A program made the position numbers and the translations under genes. This document shows, one piece after another, positions 45,395 through 56,661 of a DNA stretch of 64,000 bases (positions within the stretch are counted from its first letter, which is position 1; each line of letters opens with the position of its first letter). The notes beneath the pieces are model-generated. The model was not told the DNA's origin. It worked only from the letters and a program-made list of their open reading frames with translations, and searched no databases. This DNA comes from an uncultured delta proteobacterium (lineage in GTDB: Bacteria; Myxococcota_A; Polyangia; Fen-1088). The stretch spans positions 1,760,001-1,824,000 of the forward strand of contig CAVYGB010000002.1 of the NCBI GenBank assembly GCA_963767925.1. The letters are read 5' to 3'.

Positions 45395-46016
45395 TCAGCC
45401 GAAGGGCTGCGGCGATAGCAGCCGCCTGGCGATGCGAGCCCAAAGTGCCTGCCAGGGATGGCTGGAGGCCAGATGAAACCAGATGCGACGGGCGGAGCCG
45501 AGCACGCGCACACCGATCTCAAGCAGGCGCAGGCGGAGGGTGTCCATCTGGGCATCGGCGAGCTCGGTGCCGTGTGCGGCGCGGCGGAGCATATACATGA
45601 GGACGTAGGCGGCGGCGTGCGGGAGCAGGCGAAACTGGTTGGCCCAGAAGCGGTGACAGCTCAGGCGGTCGGCCTTGAGCGCCGCTTGAGGTCCTTGATG
45701 GAGTTTTCGCAGGCGTCGGCTCGCTGCACATAGCAACGGTCGTACAGCTCCTGGGGGTCACCAGCAAGATTGGTCACCACGAAGCGAACGTTCGAGCCTT
45801 GCTCGGTGTGCTCGGCCTTGATGATCATGCGGTAGCTGCGCGGCCAGCGCTTGCGACCCGTTCCCATGGAGCGATATCGGTCAGGCCGAGGCGCCGGTCG
45901 GCCTGCCGCAGGAGCAGGAGCCCACCGTCGCTGGAGATGGGCCCGGCGTCGAAGGCCGCTCGTACCTGCCGGCGCCCCGCGAACGGGAAGTCGATTTGGC
46001 TGGTATCCTCGTGCAT
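45395..46016 (-). pseudogene. IS1380 transposase, internally deleted and frameshifted
   Basis: FDAGPISSDGGLLLL N-terminus fused to RFVVTNL...YVQR..CENSIKDLK and DRLSCHRFWANQFRL; central region missing. Confidence 0.88.
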
Positions 46017-46093
46017 CGAGCGGCCCTCCTCGTCGTTGCCTTCTGGTCTCGCAACCGAAAAGCAGTGCGAGAAGTGTGCCGCTCGATTCTTCT

Positions 46094-46468
46094 TCAGCGC
46101 GATGGCTCTTCTTGCTCGCCGAGCAGCTTCGCCATCTTCGTCAGCATCGAGACGATGCGCAGTAGAAGATCGCGTCCTGCCCCCAACGTAGCTTCGTCGC
46201 TGAGCTTCACCTTGCGGCAGACATCCAGTAGTGCAGCGCACTCCGTCGCCGACCGCAGTGCCATTCGGTAGAAGCGCGCCTTGTCCTTCCTGCTGAATTC
46301 CCCGGCCCCCTCGACCACGTCGAGCGGCACCGAGGTCGCCGCGCGCTGCAGTTGGTCCGCCAGGTAGGCTCGACCACGCGGCAGCTGCTCCACGATGTCG
46401 TCCGCCTTGGCGACGAACTCGATTCCCGCCTGGTACACGTCCAGCTTCTCGTGATCGAAATGGCCCGT
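46094..46468 (-). CDS. Four-helix-bundle (23S rRNA IVS-like) protein; start possibly mutated to ACG
   Basis: FDHEKLDVYQ, LADQLQRAATSVPLDVVEG, FYRMALRSATECAA. Confidence 0.85.
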   Translation of the reverse strand, partial: TGHFDHEKLDVYQAGIEFVAKADDIVEQLPRGRAYLADQLQRAATSVPLDVVEGAGEFSRKDKARFYRMALRSATECAALLDVCRKVKLSDEATLGAGRDLLLRIVSMLTKMAKLLGEQEEPSR

Positions 46469-46616
46469 TCCCTGTTTTCGGCCAGCGCCTTCTCAGGTTG
46501 CGGGTACGGGGCCCGGGTCCGGGAACGGGAACGGGAACGGGAACGGGAACGATCGGGGGCCAGACACCCTGTTCGCGGCGTCTCGACGGCGGCGCCCCGC
46601 TGGTGAATAATACCGG

Positions 46617-48809
46617 CTAGAACCCCTGCACGACGCGCAGGTACAGCGTTCGGCCCAGGGTGGGGACGTCGACCCCCAGCGTGCCGCCGTGGGCGTAGCG
46701 GGCGCCGAGGGCGTTGCTGACGTGGAGGCTGAAGGTCGTGAGGCGCTCGCCGAGCAAACGCAGCTCCTGGGTGCGCACATTGAAGCCGAGGGTGGCGTAG
46801 GGGGCGAAGGTGTAGGAGGCGCCCTTCTCCAGGATGTTCGAGACGGTGGTTTTGCGGCGGCCGGCCAGAAACAGGCTGCTCGCCAGCACCACCCGCGCCT
46901 CGGGCACGGCGGCGCCGGCGTGCAGGTGGCCCATCAGGCGCGGGTAGTTGGGCAGGGTCATCGCCATCTCGGCGTCGCTGCCGTGGGCCAGCTCGAACCA
47001 GGCGGGGACCGGGTCGGGCGCCACAACGGTGGTCCGCTGCAGCGACAGGTCGAGCTTGCCGAAGAAGCGGCGGTGGCGTCCCTCGACGCTCAGCTCGCCC
47101 CCGAGGGTGTGGGTGGGGGTGAAGTTGCGGGCGACGTTCTGGCTGCCCACCTTGACGAACTCGACCCGGTCGGAGATCGACGTGAAGAAGGCGTTGAGGG
47201 CGACGCTGAGGCGGTCCTCGAGGCGGAAGGTGACCGCCGCCTCGCCGGTGCGGGCGGTCTGCGGCACCAGGTCGGGGTTGCCGGTGATGCCGTTGTCGAT
47301 CCGCAGGGGCTGGGCGTGGAGCTGGCTGAGCGAGGGCGGCACGTACGAGGTGCCCCACAGGAGCTTGACGTGCACGTCGTCGCGGGCCCGGTAGACGCCG
47401 GCCAGCCGGTAGCTCAGCTCGGTCCCCCAGCGGCGGTCGCGGTCGGCGCGCCCGTTGAGGGTCAGCTCCAGCGACGGCAACACCTGCACCATCGACTGCA
47501 GGAACAGGCCGGCGTTGCGGTAGTCGCGCGGCTCCCCCCGCACCAGCAGGGCCGCGTCGCCCGCCCGGCCGGTGCCGTCGTCCAGCCGCCGCACCTGGAA
47601 CAGGGTGTCGCCCTGGTCCCGGCTCTCCACGAAGTCCACCCCCGCCAGCGCCGAGTGCACCCCGATCTGCCAGAGCAGCTCGGTGGCGCCGGTGACGGCC
47701 AGGTTGCTGCGCGTGCGGCGCAAGGTGAAGACCGGCACGCCGACGTCGAGCACCTCCTCGGGCTGGCTGCGCCCGGAGGTGATCGAGGCGACCGACCGCC
47801 AGCTCAGCGCGCCGGCCAGGAAATCGATCCGGTGGTCCAGCCGCCCGATCCGGTTCAGCACGACGAGCCGGTTGTCCCGCTCCATCACGCTCATGTCCAG
47901 CCACTGGGCGTGGGCGTCCAGGCGCTGCTGCTGGTAGCGCAGCTCCAGCCTGCCCCCGGCGCCCAGGTCGAAGATCCCCTTGATCAGCGTCGTGCGCGGC
48001 TGCGACAGGTCGCCGGCGCTGCGGCGTCCCGCCAGGTCGGCGCGCGGCGACTCGGACGGCGGCGCCAGCCCGGAGCGATCGGCCCGCTCCCCGGCCACGG
48101 CGACCAGCAGCGCGCCCTTGCGCCGCCCCGGCGCCGAGACGCTCGCCAGCAGGCTGCCGCCGGCGCTCGGGCCGCTCCCCACCCGCCCCGCCTCGGCCCC
48201 CAGCTCGAAGTGGGCGCCCGCGGGCGCCGTCCGGGTGACGATGTTGATGACGCCGAGAAACGCGTTGGCCCCGTACAGCCCCGAGGCGGGCCCCCGGATC
48301 ACCTCGATCGACTCCACCGCGTCCATGGGGACGAGCTCGAACCCCAGCAGGTACCCGCCGCTCGCGTGGTGGGTCACCGGGTGGCCGTCGACCATGACCT
48401 TCACGATGCGGCTCCAGGAGTCGGGCCCCCCGTTGACCCCCCGGATGCCGACGTTCGCCGTCACGAGATCGTCGACCAGATAGAGGCCCGGCACCGAGGC
48501 CAGCGCCTCGCCAACCGTGCGGTACCCGTAGGCCTCGATCACCGACCGGGGGATCACCGTCACGATCGAAGGCGCCTCGGCGGCGCGGGCCCGGGTCTTG
48601 GTGGCGATGGTTACAAGCCGGTCGACCTCCAGCAGATCCTCGAGGGTGAGGTCGGTGATGTCCCAGGGCGCCGCCTCCGGCAGCAGGTGGGGCGCCTCCG
48701 GGGTGGCCCGCGCCGCCGCCCCCGGCCCGCACAGGGCCAGCAGGATGCCCGCTGCCGCCTTCGCTCCGGACCGCCGGCGCCCGCGGGGCCGCGGCGGGGT
48801 CGGCGACAT
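46617..48809 (-). CDS. TonB-dependent receptor (plug + barrel)
   Basis: DLTLEDLL, EAPSIVTVI, IEVIRGPASGLYGANAFLGVINIVT, GNPDL; terminal F. Confidence 0.9.
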   Translation of the reverse strand: MSPTPPRPRGRRRSGAKAAAGILLALCGPGAAARATPEAPHLLPEAAPWDITDLTLEDLLEVDRLVTIATKTRARAAEAPSIVTVIPRSVIEAYGYRTVGEALASVPGLYLVDDLVTANVGIRGVNGGPDSWSRIVKVMVDGHPVTHHASGGYLLGFELVPMDAVESIEVIRGPASGLYGANAFLGVINIVTRTAPAGAHFELGAEAGRVGSGPSAGGSLLASVSAPGRRKGALLVAVAGERADRSGLAPPSESPRADLAGRRSAGDLSQPRTTLIKGIFDLGAGGRLELRYQQQRLDAHAQWLDMSVMERDNRLVVLNRIGRLDHRIDFLAGALSWRSVASITSGRSQPEEVLDVGVPVFTLRRTRSNLAVTGATELLWQIGVHSALAGVDFVESRDQGDTLFQVRRLDDGTGRAGDAALLVRGEPRDYRNAGLFLQSMVQVLPSLELTLNGRADRDRRWGTELSYRLAGVYRARDDVHVKLLWGTSYVPPSLSQLHAQPLRIDNGITGNPDLVPQTARTGEAAVTFRLEDRLSVALNAFFTSISDRVEFVKVGSQNVARNFTPTHTLGGELSVEGRHRRFFGKLDLSLQRTTVVAPDPVPAWFELAHGSDAEMAMTLPNYPRLMGHLHAGAAVPEARVVLASSLFLAGRRKTTVSNILEKGASYTFAPYATLGFNVRTQELRLLGERLTTFSLHVSNALGARYAHGGTLGVDVPTLGRTLYLRVVQGF

Positions 48810-48845
48810 CGACAGGGACGGCGGCGTCGGCAGGCGTCGCTCCGA

Positions 48846-50123
48846 TCAGGGCGCTTCCGGGATGACTTCGATGATCTTGAAGGCGCGGTCGTCCACGCTC
48901 CAGATCCCCACCGGCGCCCGGACGTCGTGCTTGTCGTCGAAGTCGTTGCGGTTGGCCGCGCCGTCGTAGTTGATGTCCGCGCCCTCGGCCAGCAGCTCGG
49001 TCGCCCGGGCCCAGTCACCCGGCCCCACCGTCACCCCCGGCGGAGTCGCCACCGCCAGGATGGCGTCGCGGATGCGCTCCGGATCCGCGTCCAGGCCGCC
49101 GGTCTTGACCAGGGCGAGTCCGATGATCATCAGGGCGTCGTAGGCCTCGGCGGTGCGGAGGCCGGGGTCGACCGTGTGCATCTCCATGAACCGGGCCCGG
49201 AAGTGGCGGAAGGCGGCGGTGTCCGCCCGTCCCACGGTGGCGCCGCGGATCCCCTGGGCGGTGTCCTGCAAGCTGCTGATCAGCTCCGGCTTGTACAGCG
49301 GATCGGCGGCGTACCACTGGCCGGTCCAGCGGCGGCTGAGGTTCCAGGTCTCGAGGTACTTGACCCCGTCGCCGAGGTACGAGCTGAGGAACACCGCCTG
49401 GGGCGCGGTGGCGAACACGCTGTCCAGGTCCGACTGGAAGTCGTAGCTGGCCATGGTCTCGACCTTGTCCGGGTAGTCGACCCGCCGGCTGATCGGGTCG
49501 CAGGCGCCGTCGGTCCCGCAGACCAGCGGCCGCAGGGCGCTGGCGAAGGCGGCGGCGTTGGATTGCCCCAGCGACTGCTGGTTGGCGAGGATGCCCACCT
49601 TGTCGTGACCCTGCTGGTGGGCGTAGCGGGCCAGCATCGGCATCATCAGGCCGCCGCTGGGGACGGTCCGGAAGTAGTAGCCCCCGTGGGCGTAGCTGGA
49701 GAAGGCGTCGCTTGTGTTGGCCGGCGAGACGACGGTGACCCGCCTCGGCACGGTCACCTTCAGCGCGGCCAGGGCGGCGTCGCTGCCCGGCACGCCGAAC
49801 AGGATGCGCGCAGCCGGGTCGGCCACCACCAACAGCGCCGCCTCGGTGGCGCCCGCCGCGGTGGACCGGTCGTCGTAGGGCTTGAGCCGGAGCGACCGCC
49901 CGTTGATCCCGCCGTTGCGGTTGATCTCGGCCACCGCCACCAGCGCCCCCAGGTCGACAAGCGACCCGGCGCTGGCCAGGTTCCCGGTCAGCGAGTTCAC
50001 GAACGGCAGGGTCAGCTCCCCGCTCCGGTCCGGGTCCCCCCCGCACCCCGCGAGGGCGCCCGCCAGCGCCGCCAGCACCCCCGCCGCCCGGAGTCTCCGC
50101 GCCGACGCCTTCCCGGAACGCAT
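48846..50123 (-). CDS. Branched-chain-amino-acid-type ABC substrate-binding lipoprotein
   Basis: LAGC lipobox; EINRNGGINGR, YYFRTVPS, AEAYDA, DINYDGA. Confidence 0.88.
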   Translation of the reverse strand: MRSGKASARRLRAAGVLAALAGALAGCGGDPDRSGELTLPFVNSLTGNLASAGSLVDLGALVAVAEINRNGGINGRSLRLKPYDDRSTAAGATEAALLVVADPAARILFGVPGSDAALAALKVTVPRRVTVVSPANTSDAFSSYAHGGYYFRTVPSGGLMMPMLARYAHQQGHDKVGILANQQSLGQSNAAAFASALRPLVCGTDGACDPISRRVDYPDKVETMASYDFQSDLDSVFATAPQAVFLSSYLGDGVKYLETWNLSRRWTGQWYAADPLYKPELISSLQDTAQGIRGATVGRADTAAFRHFRARFMEMHTVDPGLRTAEAYDALMIIGLALVKTGGLDADPERIRDAILAVATPPGVTVGPGDWARATELLAEGADINYDGAANRNDFDDKHDVRAPVGIWSVDDRAFKIIEVIPEAP

Positions 50124-50303
50124 GAGCCCCCTCCTCCCTCCCTCGGGATCGTCGTTTCCTTGCGCCGGCTTGAGGCGGCGGGCCAGATTCGAGGAGCGGC
50201 GATCCCACCAGCCTCGGGATTCCGTCGCCGCCCGACCGTGAACCGGCGGCGCGGGGGGCGTCGGAATGTCCCGCCGTGGCACCGTCCTCGCTGAATCTTT
50301 CGC

Positions 50304-50765
50304 CACCAGGACGAGCGGCTCTCCATGCTGCTGGTGCTCCCCGACGCCGGCAAGCTCGCCGAGGTCGAGGGCCGCCTGGCCACCGGTGGGCTGGCCCAGG
50401 TGACCGGGGCGCTGACCGAGCAGGCGGTCATCCTGTCGCTGCCGCGCTTCCGGTTCGAGACGCCGATCGATCTGAAGGAGGCGCTGTCGGCCCTGGGCAT
50501 GCCCGTCGCCTTCACCGGCGCCGCCGACTTCTCCGGCATCAACGCGCGGGAGAGCCTCTATCTGCAGGCGGTGCTGCACACGGCCTTCATCGCGGTGGCC
50601 GAGAAGGGGACCGAGGCGGCGGCCGCCACCGCGGTGGTGGTCGGCCGGGCCAGCCTGCCGCAGGGGCTGAACGTGCAGGTCGACCGCCCGTTCCTCTTCT
50701 TCGTCCGCGACGAGCCGACCGGCGCCATCCTGTTCATGGGCCGCGTCTCCGACCCCTCCCGCTGA
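50304..50765 (+). pseudogene. Serpin, C-terminal fragment
   Basis: SMLLVLP, ADFSGI, EKGTEAAAAT hinge, DRPFLFFVRD...ILFMGRV; in-frame TGA at 50292. Confidence 0.85.
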
Positions 50766-50905
50766 AGGCCGGTCACGCCTTCCGGTTCGCGCCCTTTCGC
50801 GGAAGGCGTTTCGACGCTGCGCCCCGCCCGGTCCTGGTTGCCGGTGGCGCCTTTCCGTAACTCGTCGTTCCAGCAACTGCGCCGGGCGGGGTACGATACC
50901 TCTCC

Positions 50906-51502
50906 GTGAGCGACGCGCGAAAAGCAGCCGGAATCCTCGTCTCCCCGCCCGAGCACCCCGAGGGGTGCCGCTGCCTGCAGCGGCGCACCGAGCAGTCGGG
51001 CGAGGTGGACTCGCACCACACCTCGCGCACCCAGGAGATCGCGCTGCCCGCCGCCCGCCCGTTCACCGGGTTCCTGCCCCGGCCGGGCTACGTGCCGCCG
51101 AAGATCATCGTCTCCGATCTGCTGGCCGGGGCCTCCCAGCTCGGGGTCATGCTCATCGAGCCCGAGGGTGCCGCCCACCTCGCGCGCATGACCCGCGAGG
51201 TCGCCGGCACCCTCGACCCGCGCTTGCCCGCCCGCAAGGCCCCGCCCCCCGCCTACGGCCCGCTGAACCTCCGAACCGCCGGATCGCCGCCCGCCGCGCC
51301 TGGGAGCTACCCGCCGCCGACCTCCTTCGCCCATCCGCCCCGCCCGCCGGTGGCCCCCGCCGCTCCGAGATATCCCGCGCCTCCGCCGATACCCGCCGCG
51401 GCCTTGCGCTCCTCCTCGCCTTCGCCTGCGGCGGCCGCCCCGAAGGTTGTCGCGGGCGCCGACCTGCTCACCGCCCTCGAGGACTTCGGCTTCGAGCCCT
51501 AG
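50906..51502 (+). CDS. Pro-rich hypothetical protein
   Basis: GC3-biased ORF with N-terminal HPEGCRC and C-terminal DLLTALEDFGF. Confidence 0.5.
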   Translation: MSDARKAAGILVSPPEHPEGCRCLQRRTEQSGEVDSHHTSRTQEIALPAARPFTGFLPRPGYVPPKIIVSDLLAGASQLGVMLIEPEGAAHLARMTREVAGTLDPRLPARKAPPPAYGPLNLRTAGSPPAAPGSYPPPTSFAHPPRPPVAPAAPRYPAPPPIPAAALRSSSPSPAAAAPKVVAGADLLTALEDFGFEP

Positions 51503-51570
51503 CAGCCGCCCGGTCCCCCGGCGCAAGCAAGGGCTTGACGGCGGGGGAGCCTCCGCATGGAGTAGCGTCC

Positions 51571-51852
51571 ATGGGAGACCTCTTCACGACAAAGATCGTC
51601 CAGCTCTTCAGCGACGCCGTCGATCTCGTCTGCCCGTTCTGTGAGGAACCGTACGGCGCCGAGGGGCGATCCTACCTGGCGGTCGCCATGGGCCACCTGG
51701 TCGGCCAGCACGACGGCAAGCTCCGGCACGTCGGCCAGCAGACCAGCGTCGGCCCCGACGGCGTCCCCTGGCAGCAAACGACCGCCGTCCTGGAGGTCGT
51801 CCTGCCGATCGAGGAAGAGGTCACCCCCAGCGACCGCCGCAGCCCGGGCTGA
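51571..51852 (+). CDS. Small protein with CxxC...HxxxxH putative zinc site
   Basis: GGAG upstream; CPFC-x17-HLVGQH. Confidence 0.6.
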   Translation: MGDLFTTKIVQLFSDAVDLVCPFCEEPYGAEGRSYLAVAMGHLVGQHDGKLRHVGQQTSVGPDGVPWQQTTAVLEVVLPIEEEVTPSDRRSPG

Positions 51853-52004
51853 CCGGCCAGCGCGCAGGGAGGGCCGCTCACTCTGTCGCGTCTGCCGGTG
51901 CCGCCCAGGCCGGCGGGCCGCGGGCGACGATCTCCCTGGCACCCCCGGCGTTCGGGCTAGACTGTCGCCCCTTTCACCACCCCGAGCCGAAGGAGCACGT
52001 TGTC

Positions 52005-53147
52005 ATGAAGAGCCTGGTTTCCCTGCTGGCGGCCGCCGTCACGTACCTGGCCCTGGCGCCGGGCGCCCACGCCGGCGCCGCCGACAAGCGCCTGGACTTC
52101 ACCTGGGTCGACGTCGAGGGGGGCGCCGCCACCCTGCTGACCACCCCCGCCGGCGAGACCGTCCTCCTCGACGTCGGCAACCCGGGCGAGCGCGACTCGG
52201 GCCGCATCCACAAGGCCCTCACCGAGGCCGGCCTGAAGAAGATCGACCACCTCGTCATCACCCACTACCACGGCGACCACTTTGGCGGCCTCGCCGATCT
52301 GGTCAAGCTGGTCCCCGTCGGCACCCTCTACCAGCGCGACTTGAAGAGCGCGCCCGAGCGCGAGCAGAAGGCCACGCAGGTCCCGGCCTTCGCGGCGGCC
52401 AAGGTCGGCCGGCGCGTGCGCATCAAGCCCGGCGACAAGATCCGCCTCAAGCAGGCCAGGGGCGCCGCCCCGCTCAGCCTGCAGATCCTCGGCCTCAACG
52501 AGAAGTTCGTCGACGCCAAGGGGGCCAGCGCCAACGAGGAGATCTGCAAGACCCACCAGATCAAGGCCCCCGACGCCTCCGACAACCGGAACAGCGTGGT
52601 CATGCTGCTCACCTTCGGGCCCTTCCGCTTCTTCGACGGTGGCGACCTGACCTGGAACACCGAAAGTGCGCTCGTGTGCCCCAGGAACCGCGTCGGTGCG
52701 CCGGTGGACGTCTTCCAGATCAACCACCACGGCCTCGACCAGAGCAACAACCCGGTCCTGGTCCAGTCGCTGGCCCCCTCGGTGGCCATCGTCAACAACG
52801 GCCCGCGCAAGGGGGGCGAGGCGGGGAGCTTCCGCACGCTGAAGGCCACCCCGTCGATCCAGGCGGTCTACCAGGTCCACCGCAATGTGCGCCTGGGCGC
52901 CGACCTGAACACCGAGGCCCTGCAGACCGCCAACCTGGCCGAGGCCTGCGACGGCAACCCGGTCAAGCTGTCGGTCGACCCCACCGGCAAGGGCTACACC
53001 GTCACGGTCCCGGCGACCAAACACGAGCGCACCTTCACCACCGGGAAGACCCTGGCCGCCGCCCCGGCCGCGCCCGCCGCCCCGGCCGTTCCCGCCGCCG
53101 CCCCCGCCCCGGCGCCCACCGCCACGACCGCCCCCGCCAAGCCCTGA
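52005..53147 (+). CDS. Secreted MBL-fold hydrolase (ComEC/Rec2-like)
   Basis: AAGGAG RBS; signal peptide; [24 protein letters not shown]. Confidence 0.88.
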   Translation: MKSLVSLLAAAVTYLALAPGAHAGAADKRLDFTWVDVEGGAATLLTTPAGETVLLDVGNPGERDSGRIHKALTEAGLKKIDHLVITHYHGDHFGGLADLVKLVPVGTLYQRDLKSAPEREQKATQVPAFAAAKVGRRVRIKPGDKIRLKQARGAAPLSLQILGLNEKFVDAKGASANEEICKTHQIKAPDASDNRNSVVMLLTFGPFRFFDGGDLTWNTESALVCPRNRVGAPVDVFQINHHGLDQSNNPVLVQSLAPSVAIVNNGPRKGGEAGSFRTLKATPSIQAVYQVHRNVRLGADLNTEALQTANLAEACDGNPVKLSVDPTGKGYTVTVPATKHERTFTTGKTLAAAPAAPAAPAVPAAAPAPAPTATTAPAKP

Positions 53148-53205
53148 GCCGGCCCCGCGCAAAGGGTCGCCCCGGCCGTCCACGCTGGGCCATAATGAAA
53201 GGATC

Positions 53206-54349
<1,144 letters not shown>

Positions 54350-54385
54350 TCTCGGCCGCCAGTTGGCAGGTTGGGAGGAAGACCC

Positions 54386-54817
54386 ATGCGACGAGCGCAC
54401 GCGATCCCGATGCTGATCCTTTTCGCGCTGGGCGTGGCCTGTGCCAGCCGCGGAAGTGGACCCAGCGGCCCCGTCTCCGCGAACATCAGGCCAGATGAGC
54501 TACCACCGTCGGGCGGGGTGCCGCCCGACAAGGAGGCGGAGATCATGCTCGTGCTGCAGCAGCGCGAGGTGTCCACCCGCAAGTGCTACCAGGACGTCCT
54601 CAACGAGAAGCAGGACCGTGCCTTCCAGGGCAACGTCAAGGTCGTGATCGCCCTGCGCCCCGACGGCGCCGCCCAGGACGTGCGCGTGGTGGGCACCACG
54701 CTCAACAACAAGGAAGTCGAGGACTGCCTGGTCGGCACCATCAGCCGCTTCGAATTCCCCCCGCTCGCCCAGGCCGGCGAGGTCCAGTACGAGTTCCGCT
54801 TCCGCCCCGCCTACTGA
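54386..54817 (+). CDS. AgmX/PglI C-terminal (TonB-C-like) domain lipoprotein
   Basis: GGAGG RBS; VAC lipobox; KCY...GNV...VEDCL...FEFP. Confidence 0.75.
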   Translation: MRRAHAIPMLILFALGVACASRGSGPSGPVSANIRPDELPPSGGVPPDKEAEIMLVLQQREVSTRKCYQDVLNEKQDRAFQGNVKVVIALRPDGAAQDVRVVGTTLNNKEVEDCLVGTISRFEFPPLAQAGEVQYEFRFRPAY

Positions 54818-54900
54818 GGGCGGGGAGGCCCGGGGCATCGTCCGCCGTCGGGAGCAAGCCTTCACCTCTCCCCGCGGTCTGCCGTGGAGGGAGTGCAACC

Positions 54901-55376
54901 CATCACGTCTCCAGCAGGGCCCCTGGCTCACCACGTCTCCGGCAGGGCCCCTGGCTCATCACGTCTCCAGCAGGGCCCCTGGCTCATCACGTCTCCGACA
55001 GGGCCCCTGGCTCATCACGTCTCCAGCAGGGCCCCTGGCTCATCACGTCTCCAGCAGGGCCCCTGGCTCATCACGTCTCCAGCAGGGCCCCTGGCTCATC
55101 ACGTCTCCAGCAGGGCCCCTGGCTCATCACGTCTCCGGCAGGGCCCCTGGCTCATCACGTCTCCAGCAGGGCCCCTGGCTCATCACGTCTCCAGCAGGGC
55201 CCCTGGCTCATCACGTCTCCAGCAGGGCCCCTGGCTCATCACGTCTCCGGCAGGGCCCCTGGCTCATCACGTCTCCAGCAGGGCCCCTGGCTCATCACGT
55301 CTCCGGCAGGGCCCCTGGCTCATCACGTCTCCAGCAGGGCCCCTGGCTCATCACGTCTCCAGCAGGGCCCCTGGCT
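54901..55376 (+). repeat. Tandem array, 17 x 28 bp CATCACGTCTCC(A/G)GCAGGGCCCCTGGCT
   Basis: Counted directly; no spacers; variation only at unit positions 3, 13 and 14. Confidence 0.97.
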
Positions 55377-55448
55377 CATCACCTCTCCCCGCGGTCTGCC
55401 GTGGGGAGAGGTCGGCGCGTCTGCGCGCCGGGTGAGGGGCCTCCGGCG
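55377..55448 (+). repeat. 72-bp REP-like double hairpin (copy 1); partial copy at 54862-54900
   Basis: CCTCTCCCC/GGGGAGAGG stem then CGGCGCG/CGCGCCG stem and GGGTGAGGGG; 1 mismatch to 58921-58992. Confidence 0.9.
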
Positions 55449-55694
55449 AGGCAACCGCCCCTCACCCTGCCCCGCGGCCGCAGACGTCCGCAGAGAGAGG
55501 GCAATCATTCAGCGGGTTGTCTGACTGAGCGGCGGGGTGCCAGCGGCGCGCTCGTCCGGGGCGCGCGATGTGGCGCGGGGGGTGCGAAAGAGCGGAAGGG
55601 GCGGAACTTTCCTGGGCGCGCTGCGGAGCGGTAGGGGGGGCGAATCGGGGTTCTTTGGTCGGGAGGCCTGGGTTACTATCGCACCTCTTTCGCG

Positions 55695-56612
55695 ATGCGC
55701 GGCGCGACAACAGGCTGGTTCTCATCCAGCAGCCCGGCTGGGGGACCGCGGTGGTTCTGGGCGGCCGCGTCCCTCGCCGCGGCGATCGCGGCCGGCTGCG
55801 GGCACGACGACGGGGTGCAGCCGTCGCCCCGCATCGCCATCGCTCCGAAGAAGGCCGCCCCCCCCGCGCCGCCCCCCCGCCCGTACCGCCCCGGCGAGAC
55901 GCCAGTGACCATCGGCGACGAGCCCGACGAGGCGGTCGACGTCGCCCTCGAGCGGGGCTTCCTGAACGCCGGCCACGTCAACGACGTGCTCGCCGCGAAC
56001 AACACCCGGCTCGGCGCCTGTTACGACCAGGCCGGCGACGCGCAGTTTTACGCCCACGGCGAGGTCCGGCTGCGCTTCCACGTCTCGGCCGAAGGGGCGG
56101 TCAGCGACGTGCTGGTCATCGACAACGAGCTCGGTAACTTCGCGGTCGAGCGCTGCCTGATCGCCGAAAGCCGCAAGATCAAGTTCCCCCCGCCCGGCGG
56201 CAACAAGGCCTCGGACTTCGAATATTCGATGGAGTTCCGCTCGCCCCGGCAAAAATACGTCGTCATCTGGCGGCGGGGCACCCTGCGCCGCCCGATCGCC
56301 GCCAAGATGCGGACCCTGGGTCGCTGTGGCTCGCCCGGCGAGCAGCCGGTGCAGGCCATCGCCTACATCAAGCCGAACGGCTGGGTGGCCTCGGTCGGCC
56401 TGGCCTCCGAGGGGACGCTCGAATCGTCGTCCGCCCGCTGCCTGGTCGATCAGATCATGCGCTGGCGCCTGCGCGGCAGCCGCGGCCACATGGTCCGCAC
56501 CAGCTTCCCGGTCAACGGCGTCCGCCTCTCGAAGGCGACCGTGACGAAGACCGCCGCCCTCGGCCCCACCGCCCGCCTCAAACGCCCCCCCCGCCGCATC
56601 CGCCACGACTGA
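55695..56612 (+). CDS. Lipoprotein with two AgmX/PglI-like (TonB-C) domains
   Basis: AAGC lipobox; ACY...GEV...VERCL...KFPPP; second ARCLV...W domain. Confidence 0.75.
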   Translation: MRGATTGWFSSSSPAGGPRWFWAAASLAAAIAAGCGHDDGVQPSPRIAIAPKKAAPPAPPPRPYRPGETPVTIGDEPDEAVDVALERGFLNAGHVNDVLAANNTRLGACYDQAGDAQFYAHGEVRLRFHVSAEGAVSDVLVIDNELGNFAVERCLIAESRKIKFPPPGGNKASDFEYSMEFRSPRQKYVVIWRRGTLRRPIAAKMRTLGRCGSPGEQPVQAIAYIKPNGWVASVGLASEGTLESSSARCLVDQIMRWRLRGSRGHMVRTSFPVNGVRLSKATVTKTAALGPTARLKRPPRRIRHD

Positions 56613-56661
56613 TCTCGCGCCGGGCTAAGGTCGGCGAGGCGCTCCCCCGATGGGTTGGGGC

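Larger units (their letters stand above)
45192..46620 (-). mobile_element. Defective IS1380-family element with four-helix-bundle passenger gene
   Basis: Ends CTAGCCGG(G/T)ATTATTCA inverted; subterminal inverted CCCGATC(GTTCCC)5GGACCCG blocks; transposase remnants inside. Confidence 0.85.

Noticed and set aside
46094..46468. Diversity-generating retroelement (Avd-like gene)
   Set aside because: No reverse transcriptase or TR/VR pair in the window
54901..55376. CRISPR array
   Set aside because: Units are contiguous with no unique spacers, and no cas genes are in the window
54583..55524. Repeat-protein ORFs across the 28-bp array
   Set aside because: The unit has no plus-strand stop in any frame, so open frames are automatic; no clear RBS
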